From a bacterium (GTDB taxonomy: Bacteria; Zhuqueibacterota; Zhuqueibacteria; Residuimicrobiales; Krinioviventaceae), in assembly GCA_963675755.2 (NCBI GenBank), contig CAXXMD010000002.1:1120001-1184000 (forward strand): a stretch of 64,000 nt of DNA, given 5' to 3'. Position 1 is the first letter of the stretch. Every line of letters starts with the position of its first letter. The notes beneath the pieces are model-generated. The model was not told where the DNA came from, made no database searches, and saw only the letters and a program-made list of their open reading frames with translations. The translations under genes and the position numbers were made by a program. Below are positions 37,756 to 46,375 of the stretch, piece after piece.

Positions 37756-39468
37756 TTATTCTACATCTCTTCTCACATAATGTGTATGCAAGAGTTCATG
37801 GGCTTTGTGACTGTTGGGTTCGCCAAGAAACTCTTTATACAATTTCTGAACAGATTCATTCTGATGTGAACAACGCATTGGCAGTTCTTTATCGATCTTG
37901 TAAATTGCCTGCATACGTTTTTCAGTTTTTTCAGGATCAGAAGGCAATGGCTGACCACCACCATTGATACAACCACCGGGGCAAGCCATAACTTCAATAA
38001 AGTGATATGGAGAAGTTCCTTCATGCATCTGATCAAGAAAATAGTTGATATTTTTCAATCCATTAATAGCAGCAACTTTGAGCTCAATATCATTGATGGT
38101 AACAACAGCTTCTTTAACACCACTGAGGCCACGAATAGGACGGAAATCGATATCGTCCATTTCTTTGCCAGTGAGTACAAAATGTGCTGTACGTAATGCT
38201 GCTTCCATAACACCACCGGCACTACCAAAAATAACCGCAGCACCAGTTGATTCACCCAATGGATCATCAAAGTGTTCTTCTGCCAGGCGGGTAAAATCAA
38301 TACCGGCGTTCTTGATCATTCTTGCAAGCTCACGTGTGGTTACTACCGCATCCACATCCGGGTATTTATCACCCAGTTCAGGACGTTGAGCTTCAAATTT
38401 CTTTGCAGTACATGGCATTACAGATACTACAAATATATCTTTGGGATCAATACCCATCTTTTGCGCATAAAAAGATTTTACAAGCGCTCCCTGCATTTCA
38501 TGAGGTGATTTACAGGTAGAGAGATTGCCCAACAGATCGGGATAAAAATGTTCAATATATTTAATCCAACCCGGACTACAAGAAGTAATCATGGGGATGG
38601 TTCCATTGTTGTTTAGACGACCCAACAATTCAGTTGCTTCTTCCATAATGGTAAGGTCAGCACTGAAATTGGTATCAAAAACAGTGTCAAAGCCCATTGC
38701 GCGAAGTGCTGAAACCATTTGGCCGGTAACAACAGTACCAACCGGCATTCCAAATTCTTCGCCCAGTGCAACACGTACAGCCGGTGCAACTTGAACAACA
38801 ACATGTTTTTCTTTATTATTGATGGCATCCCAAACAACTTTTTCCTGGCTCTTTTCTTTCAAAGCGCCTACAGGACAGTTAACAATACACTGACCACAGT
38901 AAACACAAGGAACTGTGTTCAAACTGTTATCAAATGCAGGAGTAACATATGTTTGGAATCCACGGTTTGCAAAATCAATTGCGCCTACATTTTGTACTTC
39001 ATGACAAACACGGATACAGCGACCACAGAGAATACATTTATCGGGATCACGTTCCATAGACGGGCTTGCAACATCCTGTTTGTTTGAGCGTTTTTCACCT
39101 TCATAGCGCAGGCTGCGAACACCATATTCAGCAGCAAGGGTCTGTAATTCACAATTTCCATTGCGAACACATTGCAAACAATCAGCCGGGTGGTTGGCAA
39201 TCAACAACTCGATGATGGTTTTTCTTGCGCGTCTTACCTTGGGTGAATTGGTTTGCACCTTCATTCCGTCAGCTACCGGAAACGCACAGGAAGGTACAAG
39301 ATTGCGCTGTCCTTCTACTTCAACAACACATATACGGCATGAACCGGTTGGCGAAAATCCTTTCAGGTAACACAATGTTGGTATTTTAATACCTTCACGG
39401 TCAGCTACGGTCAGGATCGTTTCACCCGGATTGGCCCAGCACTCTTTATCATTTATTATAATTCGCAT
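37756..39468 (-). CDS. [FeFe]-hydrogenase group A catalytic subunit, copy 2
   Basis: Same Fe-S set as copy 1; TSCSPGW, MPCTAKKFE, EVMACPGGCINGGGQP. Confidence 0.95.
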   Translation of the reverse strand: MRIIINDKECWANPGETILTVADREGIKIPTLCYLKGFSPTGSCRICVVEVEGQRNLVPSCAFPVADGMKVQTNSPKVRRARKTIIELLIANHPADCLQCVRNGNCELQTLAAEYGVRSLRYEGEKRSNKQDVASPSMERDPDKCILCGRCIRVCHEVQNVGAIDFANRGFQTYVTPAFDNSLNTVPCVYCGQCIVNCPVGALKEKSQEKVVWDAINNKEKHVVVQVAPAVRVALGEEFGMPVGTVVTGQMVSALRAMGFDTVFDTNFSADLTIMEEATELLGRLNNNGTIPMITSCSPGWIKYIEHFYPDLLGNLSTCKSPHEMQGALVKSFYAQKMGIDPKDIFVVSVMPCTAKKFEAQRPELGDKYPDVDAVVTTRELARMIKNAGIDFTRLAEEHFDDPLGESTGAAVIFGSAGGVMEAALRTAHFVLTGKEMDDIDFRPIRGLSGVKEAVVTINDIELKVAAINGLKNINYFLDQMHEGTSPYHFIEVMACPGGCINGGGQPLPSDPEKTEKRMQAIYKIDKELPMRCSHQNESVQKLYKEFLGEPNSHKAHELLHTHYVRRDVE

Positions 39469-39483
39469 ATCTTCCTCAGTTTG

Positions 39484-41493
39484 TTATTCCACATAAATGG
39501 CATCAAATTTACAATTGGCTCTACACTGATCACAGCGTATACATTTATCATCAATAATGTAATGTGCTTTTTTACGTTCGCCCAGAATAGCATTTTCAGG
39601 ACATTTTCTTGCACAAACCGTACAACCGGTACATTTATCTGTATCAATTTTATATGTCAACAGGTCTCTACAAACACCAGCGCGGCATTTGCGATCGTAC
39701 AAGTGTTCTTCATATTCTTCACGAAAATAACGTATTGTGCTCAAAACAGGATTCGCAGCAGTTTGTCCCAGTCCACACAATGAAGTATTAATAATCACTT
39801 CTGACAGACGTTCAAGGTAAACCATACCCTGGAAACGCATTAGTGAATCTTCGGCAGATTTTTCAGCACGATGACTGGATGACAAGCGTTCTAAAATTTC
39901 CAACAACCGTTTTGTACCTTCACGACAAGGAATACATTTACCGCATGATTCTGACTGGATAAATGTCATAAAGTACTTGGCAAGATCAACCATACAGGTT
40001 GTTTCATCCATAACCACCAGACCACCTGATCCCATCATGGCGCCAATGCTCTTGAGTGATTCATAATCAACAGGAGTATCGATAACAGAATCTGGTAATG
40101 CACCACCAGAAGGACCACCAATCTGTACAGCTTTGAACTCTTTACCATCAGGAATGCCACCACCAATATCAAAAACGATTTCACGAAGTGTAACACCCAT
40201 AGGAACTTCAACCAGACCTACATTTTTCACTTTACCGGAAAGAGCAAAGATCTTGGTACCTTTTGAATTTTCTGTACCAATCTTTGAATACCAGTCAGCG
40301 CCATTGCGCAAGAGTACCGGTACATTTGCAAAAGTTTCAACGTTATTAATAATGGTCGGTTTACCAAACAATCCTGCATCTGAAGGATAAGGTGGTTTAG
40401 GTCGCGGCATACCGCGTTTACCTTCAATAGAATTCAACAATGCGGTTTCTTCACCACAAACAAATGCGCCCGCACCTTTTTTAATCTTTAAATTAAAACT
40501 AAATCCTGTACCCAGAATATTGTCGCCCAACAGGCCATAGGCTTTAGCGTCTTTGATCGTTTTTTCAAGTCTTGCAATAGCAAGTGGGTATTCAGCACGA
40601 CAGTAAACATAACCTTCATCTGCACCAATTGCAAAAGCGGCAATAGCCATACCTTCTACCATCAAATGAGGATCACCTTCCATTACCGCACGGTCCATAA
40701 ATGCACCAGGATCGCCTTCATCCGCATTACAAACAACATATTTTTTATCACCTTTAGACTGAGCAGCCAGTTTCCATTTCAAACCGGTTGGAAAACCACC
40801 GCCGCCACGACCGCGAAGCCCGCCGTCCAAAACTTCTTTAACCACTTTTTCAGAATCCATTTGGGTCAAAGCTTTGGTCAAAGCCTGGTAACCGCCATTG
40901 GAGATATATTGGTCAATACTTTCAGGGTCAATTACACCACAATTGGCCAAAACGACTTTTTTCTGTTTTTTAAAGAATGGAATATCTTCCATTTTATTAA
41001 CACTGGACCAGTCACCTGCATGACCATTTTTCTCATATACACCCAGTGTTTTTCCTACAATCACTTGTTTATTGATTATGGTCTGTTCTACAATTTCAGG
41101 AACATCTTCAACAGTAACTTCACAATAACTGATTCTTGGATAATTGGGTAATTTAATATCAACAATTACTTCACGTGCGCAATATCCAACACAGCCGGTA
41201 GAGATCAGCTTTGCATTAATATTTTTTTCATTCAATAATGTTTTAAAAGCATCATATATTTTTTGCGCGCCATTTGCTAAACCACAGGTACCCATACCCA
41301 GCAGGATAACAGGTTCCTCGTGGTTTTCTAAAAGAATTTCATCTTTTAAACTTTTAACAGCCTGCAATTCAGCTTCCGAATGGCCATTTCCGTCGCCATT
41401 GGAACTCAGACATTCTATTAATGATTTCACCGGAAAGTCCTGATCTTTCCATAAATTGGTGAAAAGGTTTTTATATGTATTCATATCAGCCAC
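39484..41493 (-). CDS. HydB flavin subunit with electron-bifurcating signatures
   Basis: GMGTCG..TGCVGYC, ADEGDPGAFMDR, GAGAFVCGEE, GGPSGG, DETTCMVD, EH...C..GVC, C-terminal 2x4Fe-4S. Likely GTG start at 41493 (GAGG RBS). Confidence 0.92.
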   Translation of the reverse strand: MADMNTYKNLFTNLWKDQDFPVKSLIECLSSNGDGNGHSEAELQAVKSLKDEILLENHEEPVILLGMGTCGLANGAQKIYDAFKTLLNEKNINAKLISTGCVGYCAREVIVDIKLPNYPRISYCEVTVEDVPEIVEQTIINKQVIVGKTLGVYEKNGHAGDWSSVNKMEDIPFFKKQKKVVLANCGVIDPESIDQYISNGGYQALTKALTQMDSEKVVKEVLDGGLRGRGGGGFPTGLKWKLAAQSKGDKKYVVCNADEGDPGAFMDRAVMEGDPHLMVEGMAIAAFAIGADEGYVYCRAEYPLAIARLEKTIKDAKAYGLLGDNILGTGFSFNLKIKKGAGAFVCGEETALLNSIEGKRGMPRPKPPYPSDAGLFGKPTIINNVETFANVPVLLRNGADWYSKIGTENSKGTKIFALSGKVKNVGLVEVPMGVTLREIVFDIGGGIPDGKEFKAVQIGGPSGGALPDSVIDTPVDYESLKSIGAMMGSGGLVVMDETTCMVDLAKYFMTFIQSESCGKCIPCREGTKRLLEILERLSSSHRAEKSAEDSLMRFQGMVYLERLSEVIINTSLCGLGQTAANPVLSTIRYFREEYEEHLYDRKCRAGVCRDLLTYKIDTDKCTGCTVCARKCPENAILGERKKAHYIIDDKCIRCDQCRANCKFDAIYVE

Positions 41494-41506
41494 AATATCC
41501 TCTTTT

Positions 41507-41959
41507 TTATTTTTGCCGGTATTCTGCAATTAATTTTTGTATTTTTTTAACGGTCAAATGACCATAATATTCATCATTGATTGATATTACCGGGGCTATA
41601 CTGCATGCGCCAATACAAGCAACGGTTTCGATTGAAAATTGTAAATCTTTGGTTGTATCTCCAGCTGAAATTTCCAGTTCATTTTCTAATGTTTGTAAAA
41701 TATCCAAAGAACCTTTCACATGACATGCTGTACCACGACAAACGCGAATAATATATTTGCCCAAAGGCTTTAATCGAAATTGGTTATAAAATGTAGCCAC
41801 ACCATAAATACGGCTGACAGGCAGCTTGGTATGAGTTGCTACTTTATTCATTTCTTCTTCAGACAAGTATCCCTGAACTTCCTGAATATCCTGCAAAATA
41901 GGAATCAGGACTGATGGATCACCCGGAGGATACTTTTCAAAAATCTGTTGCGTCTCCAT
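41507..41959 (-). CDS. HydC/NuoE-like 2Fe-2S subunit
   Basis: GVATFYNQF, CRGTACH, CIGACSIAP. Confidence 0.93.
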   Translation of the reverse strand: METQQIFEKYPPGDPSVLIPILQDIQEVQGYLSEEEMNKVATHTKLPVSRIYGVATFYNQFRLKPLGKYIIRVCRGTACHVKGSLDILQTLENELEISAGDTTKDLQFSIETVACIGACSIAPVISINDEYYGHLTVKKIQKLIAEYRQK

Positions 41960-41985
41960 TAAAAAACCTCTCCATTAGTGTGTTT

Positions 41986-43455
41986 TTATTTAATATTTTC
42001 TTCTATTACCGGCAAAACAACAGTAAAAGTAGAACCGTTGCCCAGATCGCTGTCCATTTCAATATACCCGTTATGGTCTTCAATAATACGTTTGGCAATT
42101 GAAAGGCCCAGGCCTGTACCGGAAATACGCTGAGACACTGCATTCTTGGCACGGTAAAATTCGTCAAAGATCTTGTGTTTATCTTCTTCAGACATGCCAA
42201 TACCGGTGTCTTTAACAATAACATTGATTTTATTTTTTTCTACTGTTACTTGTACATGAACACTCTTGTGTTCGGGTGTATATTTAATTGCATTACTAAC
42301 CAGATTATCAAAAACTCTGCCCATATCTTCTTCGTTACCACGAATTGGGGGTAATTGATCAGGAACATCGCAAGCAAAGTTAATATCTTTGGCTTTGGCT
42401 TCGTTTTTATAAAATTCGCAGGTCCCACGAAGCACAGAAGAAATATCAAGCGCAGACATGACCTTTGCAGTCACCTTTTTCTCGGCACGAGTCAAATCTA
42501 AAAGATCGTTTACCATGGCCAACAGTTCATTTGCCCGATCTCGAGACTTTGTAATATAATCTTTTTCTTTTTCAGGATTCCCTGTGATAACACCTTCCAA
42601 AATCAGATTCAAATAACCTTCAATCGCTCCCAAAGGTGCTTTGAGTTCATGAGCAACAAGACTGAGAAAATCCGTCTTCATCTGGTCAATCTTTTTTTCT
42701 TCAGAGACATCAATCAAAACCGTCACGGTTCCAATCAATGCGCCATTTTCATCAATTACAGGAGTAATATTAGGCTGAAGAACCCTGCCATTACCCAGGT
42801 TTACTTCAAATTTTTCAAGAATCTCACAAGAAGTAACTTTGCTCAATGCATCTGCAATCTTTTTTTCAAGATCAGGATTGCTCAACAATCCCAATACATT
42901 TTTGCCAAATACATCTCCATCCTTTAAACGCAGCATTTTGAGAGCTGCAGGATTTATGAGCAAGATTTGCCCTTCTTTATTGGTAGCAATAACACCTTCA
43001 CTCATGCAGTTGATTATGGTGTTGGTGCGTGTTTTCTCGATAATGTGTTCTGCACGCAACTTTTCTGCTTCTAACAAAAGTCTGCGTTTTTCGAGCGCGC
43101 GTTCAATTTTGGCTCTGAATTCATCGGGAGTAAAAGGTTTGGCCAAATAATCGTAAGCGCCTTTTTTTACAGCATCTACCGCGTTTTCAATGGTAGCATA
43201 ACCGGTGATAACAATGGGTACAATCTTTTCATCGATCTTGCGAATTTCTTCAAGAAACTGCATACCATCCATGCGGGGCATCATCAGGTCAGTGACAACA
43301 AGATCATAGTTGTTGTTGCGGATTTTTTCAAGTCCTTCCATTCCATCTTCGGCAAGGTCAACCTCGTATTTGGAAAGTTCAAGAATCCGTTCACAGCCAA
43401 TACGGCTTACTTCGTCATCATCAACAACCAGAACTTTGATATTTTCAAGAGTCAT
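41986..43455 (-). CDS. Receiver-PAS-histidine kinase, copy 2
   Basis: VLVVDDD, DLMMP, KPF; PAS region; AHELKAPL, NAIKY, DTGIG, GTGLGL. Confidence 0.92.
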   Translation of the reverse strand: MTLENIKVLVVDDDEVSRIGCERILELSKYEVDLAEDGMEGLEKIRNNNYDLVVTDLMMPRMDGMQFLEEIRKIDEKIVPIVITGYATIENAVDAVKKGAYDYLAKPFTPDEFRAKIERALEKRRLLLEAEKLRAEHIIEKTRTNTIINCMSEGVIATNKEGQILLINPAALKMLRLKDGDVFGKNVLGLLSNPDLEKKIADALSKVTSCEILEKFEVNLGNGRVLQPNITPVIDENGALIGTVTVLIDVSEEKKIDQMKTDFLSLVAHELKAPLGAIEGYLNLILEGVITGNPEKEKDYITKSRDRANELLAMVNDLLDLTRAEKKVTAKVMSALDISSVLRGTCEFYKNEAKAKDINFACDVPDQLPPIRGNEEDMGRVFDNLVSNAIKYTPEHKSVHVQVTVEKNKINVIVKDTGIGMSEEDKHKIFDEFYRAKNAVSQRISGTGLGLSIAKRIIEDHNGYIEMDSDLGNGSTFTVVLPVIEENIK

Positions 43456-43850
43456 GCTTGATCCTGATTTAATAATTTCTCAACGCGTTCAATCAATTCT
43501 GAAGGCTTGAGCGGTTTAGCTGCAAAATCATCAACTTTCATCCATTCTTTGTCATTTGAAAGTTGAAAAGTAAAGCCTGTTTTTTCCTGGGCTGAGGAAA
43601 GCATTAAAATGGGCATATGCTTCATATTCTCATCTTCTCTTACAGCATATGCAACTGTAAACCCGGCGTCACGTTCTTCCATCATCAAGTCCAGGACCAG
43701 CAGGTCATACTGGTTTTCACGGAGTTTCTTCAATGCATCAGATGACGTATATGCTTCTTCAACCGTATACCCTTTCGATTCCAGAATCGTTTTGTTGATC
43801 TCGATAAAATCCGGATCATCATCTGCCAGTAAAATTTTAATATCTTTCAT
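43452..43850 (-). CDS. Stand-alone response regulator
   Basis: LADDD, LDLMM, LSS, AKP. Start ATG 43850 after AGGAG. Confidence 0.9.
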   Translation of the reverse strand: MKDIKILLADDDPDFIEINKTILESKGYTVEEAYTSSDALKKLRENQYDLLVLDLMMEERDAGFTVAYAVREDENMKHMPILMLSSAQEKTGFTFQLSNDKEWMKVDDFAAKPLKPSELIERVEKLLNQDQA

Positions 43851-43884
43851 ATTCTCTCCTGTTTTCAAGAAAACAGACTATTAT

Positions 43885-44256
43885 TTAAATACGGTTAACA
43901 TCCAGCGCTGACTGAATGGCCGTTGTTAAATCATTTATACCAAAAGAGTTCAAATGGTAATAGAAAACCTGTTCTTTACGGATTGCTGTTTCCAGATCTC
44001 TGGAATTGGAACGAGATTGAACAATAATTCGTGATGCCGGGGAACTTCCTTTTAAAATGCGGAGTGTTTGGTTAATTTGAATGTCTTCCAATCCCGCATC
44101 AATTATTATCACATCAAAATGGTGTTCCTGGGCCTGTTGTATACCTGCAAACGGATCATTAACGATCTTGTAATTTACTTTTTTTGATTCCAGAAAAAGT
44201 TCAAGATCATGATTGGTTTCGCTTACAGAAGTTGAAATTAACAGACAATTCATCAC
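43885..44256 (-). CDS. Atypical (pseudo-)receiver domain protein
   Basis: Receiver-like pattern FDVIIIDAG...RIIVQS...VFYYHL. Lacks the acidic pocket and the conserved Lys. Confidence 0.7.
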   Translation of the reverse strand: MMNCLLISTSVSETNHDLELFLESKKVNYKIVNDPFAGIQQAQEHHFDVIIIDAGLEDIQINQTLRILKGSSPASRIIVQSRSNSRDLETAIRKEQVFYYHLNSFGINDLTTAIQSALDVNRI

Positions 44257-44290
44257 AATACCAAAATTTAGAATTATTCGTCAGTTATAT

Positions 44291-44306
44291 ATCAATATGT
44301 GTGCCA
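44291..44306 (-). promoter_or_regulatory. Candidate sigma54 -24/-12 promoter
   Basis: TGGCAC-ACATA-TTGAT on the minus strand (consensus TGGCAC-N5-TTGCW, one mismatch), ~35 nt before the first gene of the cluster. Confidence 0.6.
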
Positions 44307-44422
44307 CAGATTCAAGCTAAAAAACACACGACAGAATCAACCGTAAACCATTCAAAAACAAATAATTAGAAAAACAGGCATTGAGAGGTATTGATGGTGT
44401 TATATCATTTATGAGAGAGTCA

Positions 44423-44443
44423 AGTGTGGAGTTTCTCCACACT
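44423..44443. promoter_or_regulatory. Perfect palindrome, candidate enhancer (UAS) for the sigma54 activator
   Basis: AGTGTGGAG-TTT-CTCCACACT, ~120 bp upstream of the -24 element, with no U-tract. Confidence 0.5.
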
Positions 44444-45761
44444 ACAAATCGTACTTGCGGATCTTGTCGTAAAGGGTTTTTCGATCAATTTGGAGGGCTT
44501 TGGCGCTCTTGCTAATATTACCCTGAAATTTTTCAAGGATGTTATGAATGTGTCGTTTTTCCATGTCAGCAAGAGACAATGTATCTGTTTCTGACAGGGT
44601 TGTAGAGTGAATATGAGCAGGCAAACTGGATTCATGAATGACCAGTGATTCTTCAATCACAATTGCACGCTCTATAACATTTTCCAGTTCTCGTATATTG
44701 CCTGGCCAATGGTACCCCATCAACGCATTAAATGCATTATCAGAAACGGATTGAATATCATTCCCCCGTCGTTTATGATTATGCTTTTGAATAAAATGCT
44801 CTATCAATAATGGAATATCATCTTTACGTTCACGCAAAGGTGGTAAATGAATTGGTATAACACTAATTCTGTAATAAAGGTCTTCACGAAACGTACCCTG
44901 ATCAACAGAATCTTTAAGATCACGATTAGTAGCAGCAATGATACGCACATCCACTTTTATGGATTGGGTATCTCCCACCCTGCGGATCTCTTTTTCCTGT
45001 ATTGCTCGTAATATTTTAGCCTGAACATTTAAAGAAATATTGCCAATTTCATCAAAAAAGAAAGTTCCCTTGTTTGCAAGCTCAAAAGCGCCATGTTTTG
45101 TGGTATGCGCACCTGTAAAGGATCCTTTGGCATGACCAAACAACTCACTCTCAAAAAGTGATTCCACAAGTGACCCGCAGTCCATTGCAAAAAAGGGCTT
45201 GTTTGTGCGTAAACTGGCAGCATGTATTGCACGGGCTATCATCTCTTTGCCAGTACCGCTTTCACCCAAAACCAAAACAGTGCTTTCAGTGGGTGCAATT
45301 TTATCGATCATTTCAAATATGTGGCGCATTTGCTTTGACTGACCAATAATTCGCATGGGTTTTCCATCAAAATCAAATTCATAAAATCCATTCTGGTCAG
45401 ATTTACGATTTTCCATGATTTGATGAACCAGTTCCATGGCCTGATCAGGCTGAAAAGGTTTGGACAAATAATCAAATGCACCAATACGGCCCGCTTCTAC
45501 AGCAGTCTCCAGAGAAGCATGCCCGGTAATAATAATGACTTCAAGTACAGGATTATCTTTTTTCAATTCCTTTAGCAGCTCAATTCCGTTCATGCCTGGA
45601 AGTTGATAATCCACAAACGCAACATCATAATTCTTTTTATGAATCTGCTCCAAGGCGTTTATAGCATTTTCACAAACATCAACATTCAGGCCTTTGTCTT
45701 TAAAATAAAGAGCAAAAGCATCACGAAACGAGAGATTGTCATCAATTAGCAAAATATTCAA
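44442..45761 (-). CDS. Sigma54-dependent response regulator (NtrC/AtoC family)
   Basis: Receiver domain; GESGTGKE, ESELFGH.KGSFTGA, FFDEIG, REDLYYR, WPGNIRELEN; Fis-type HTH. Confidence 0.95.
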   Translation of the reverse strand: MNILLIDDNLSFRDAFALYFKDKGLNVDVCENAINALEQIHKKNYDVAFVDYQLPGMNGIELLKELKKDNPVLEVIIITGHASLETAVEAGRIGAFDYLSKPFQPDQAMELVHQIMENRKSDQNGFYEFDFDGKPMRIIGQSKQMRHIFEMIDKIAPTESTVLVLGESGTGKEMIARAIHAASLRTNKPFFAMDCGSLVESLFESELFGHAKGSFTGAHTTKHGAFELANKGTFFFDEIGNISLNVQAKILRAIQEKEIRRVGDTQSIKVDVRIIAATNRDLKDSVDQGTFREDLYYRISVIPIHLPPLRERKDDIPLLIEHFIQKHNHKRRGNDIQSVSDNAFNALMGYHWPGNIRELENVIERAIVIEESLVIHESSLPAHIHSTTLSETDTLSLADMEKRHIHNILEKFQGNISKSAKALQIDRKTLYDKIRKYDL

Positions 45762-45878
45762 AATTCAATTCTTTCTTTTAAGAATGGAATATAAACAGAA
45801 AAAATGAATAATGAAATAATTGATTTTTGTAAGAAACTGTAAAAACTTTTAAAATACCGATTATGAAATGATTTTAAC

Positions 45879-45907
45879 TTGACATTAGGGTTTGTTTTAA
45901 TTATAAT
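45879..45907 (+). promoter_or_regulatory. Consensus sigma70 promoter
   Basis: Exact TTGACA-17 nt-TATAAT upstream of the response regulator at 45962. Confidence 0.75.
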
Positions 45908-45961
45908 TACTATTAGTTTTTTTAAACATTCGGCCATCGAGGAAAAGGAGTTAAAAGCATT

Positions 45962-46330
45962 ATGGCAAGCATTTTAGTCATAGATGATGAAGAAGAGGTT
46001 CGTGATATAATCAAACAAATCCTTGAACATGCGGGATATACAGTTTATACTGCGGGTGACGGAAATCAGGGTATTAAAACCTATCGTGAAAACCCGACAG
46101 ATATAGTCATAACTGATATCATCATGCCAGACAAAGAAGGTATTGAAACCATAATTGAATTAAAAACCGAATTCCCCGAAGTAAAAATTATTGCAATTTC
46201 GGGTGGCGGACGTGTAGGGCCGATGGATTATCTTAAAATGTCTCAAAAATTGGGTGCGGTTAAAAGTTTCACCAAACCCTTTCAACGCCAGGAATTACTG
46301 GACGCAGTGAGTGAATTATTAGATAACTAG
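45962..46330 (+). CDS. Stand-alone response regulator
   Basis: VIDDE, TDIIMP, ISGG, KPF. Confidence 0.92.
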   Translation: MASILVIDDEEEVRDIIKQILEHAGYTVYTAGDGNQGIKTYRENPTDIVITDIIMPDKEGIETIIELKTEFPEVKIIAISGGGRVGPMDYLKMSQKLGAVKSFTKPFQRQELLDAVSELLDN

Positions 46331-46375
46331 GCTTAATTTATCCACGTTTTTATTCATAACAAAAAGGAGTTAACT

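Noticed and set aside
28060-38600. TSCSPGW instead of TSCCPxW in both HydA copies, as a sign of inactivity
   Set aside because: This variant is common in multimeric group A enzymes, and the other H-cluster motifs are intact.
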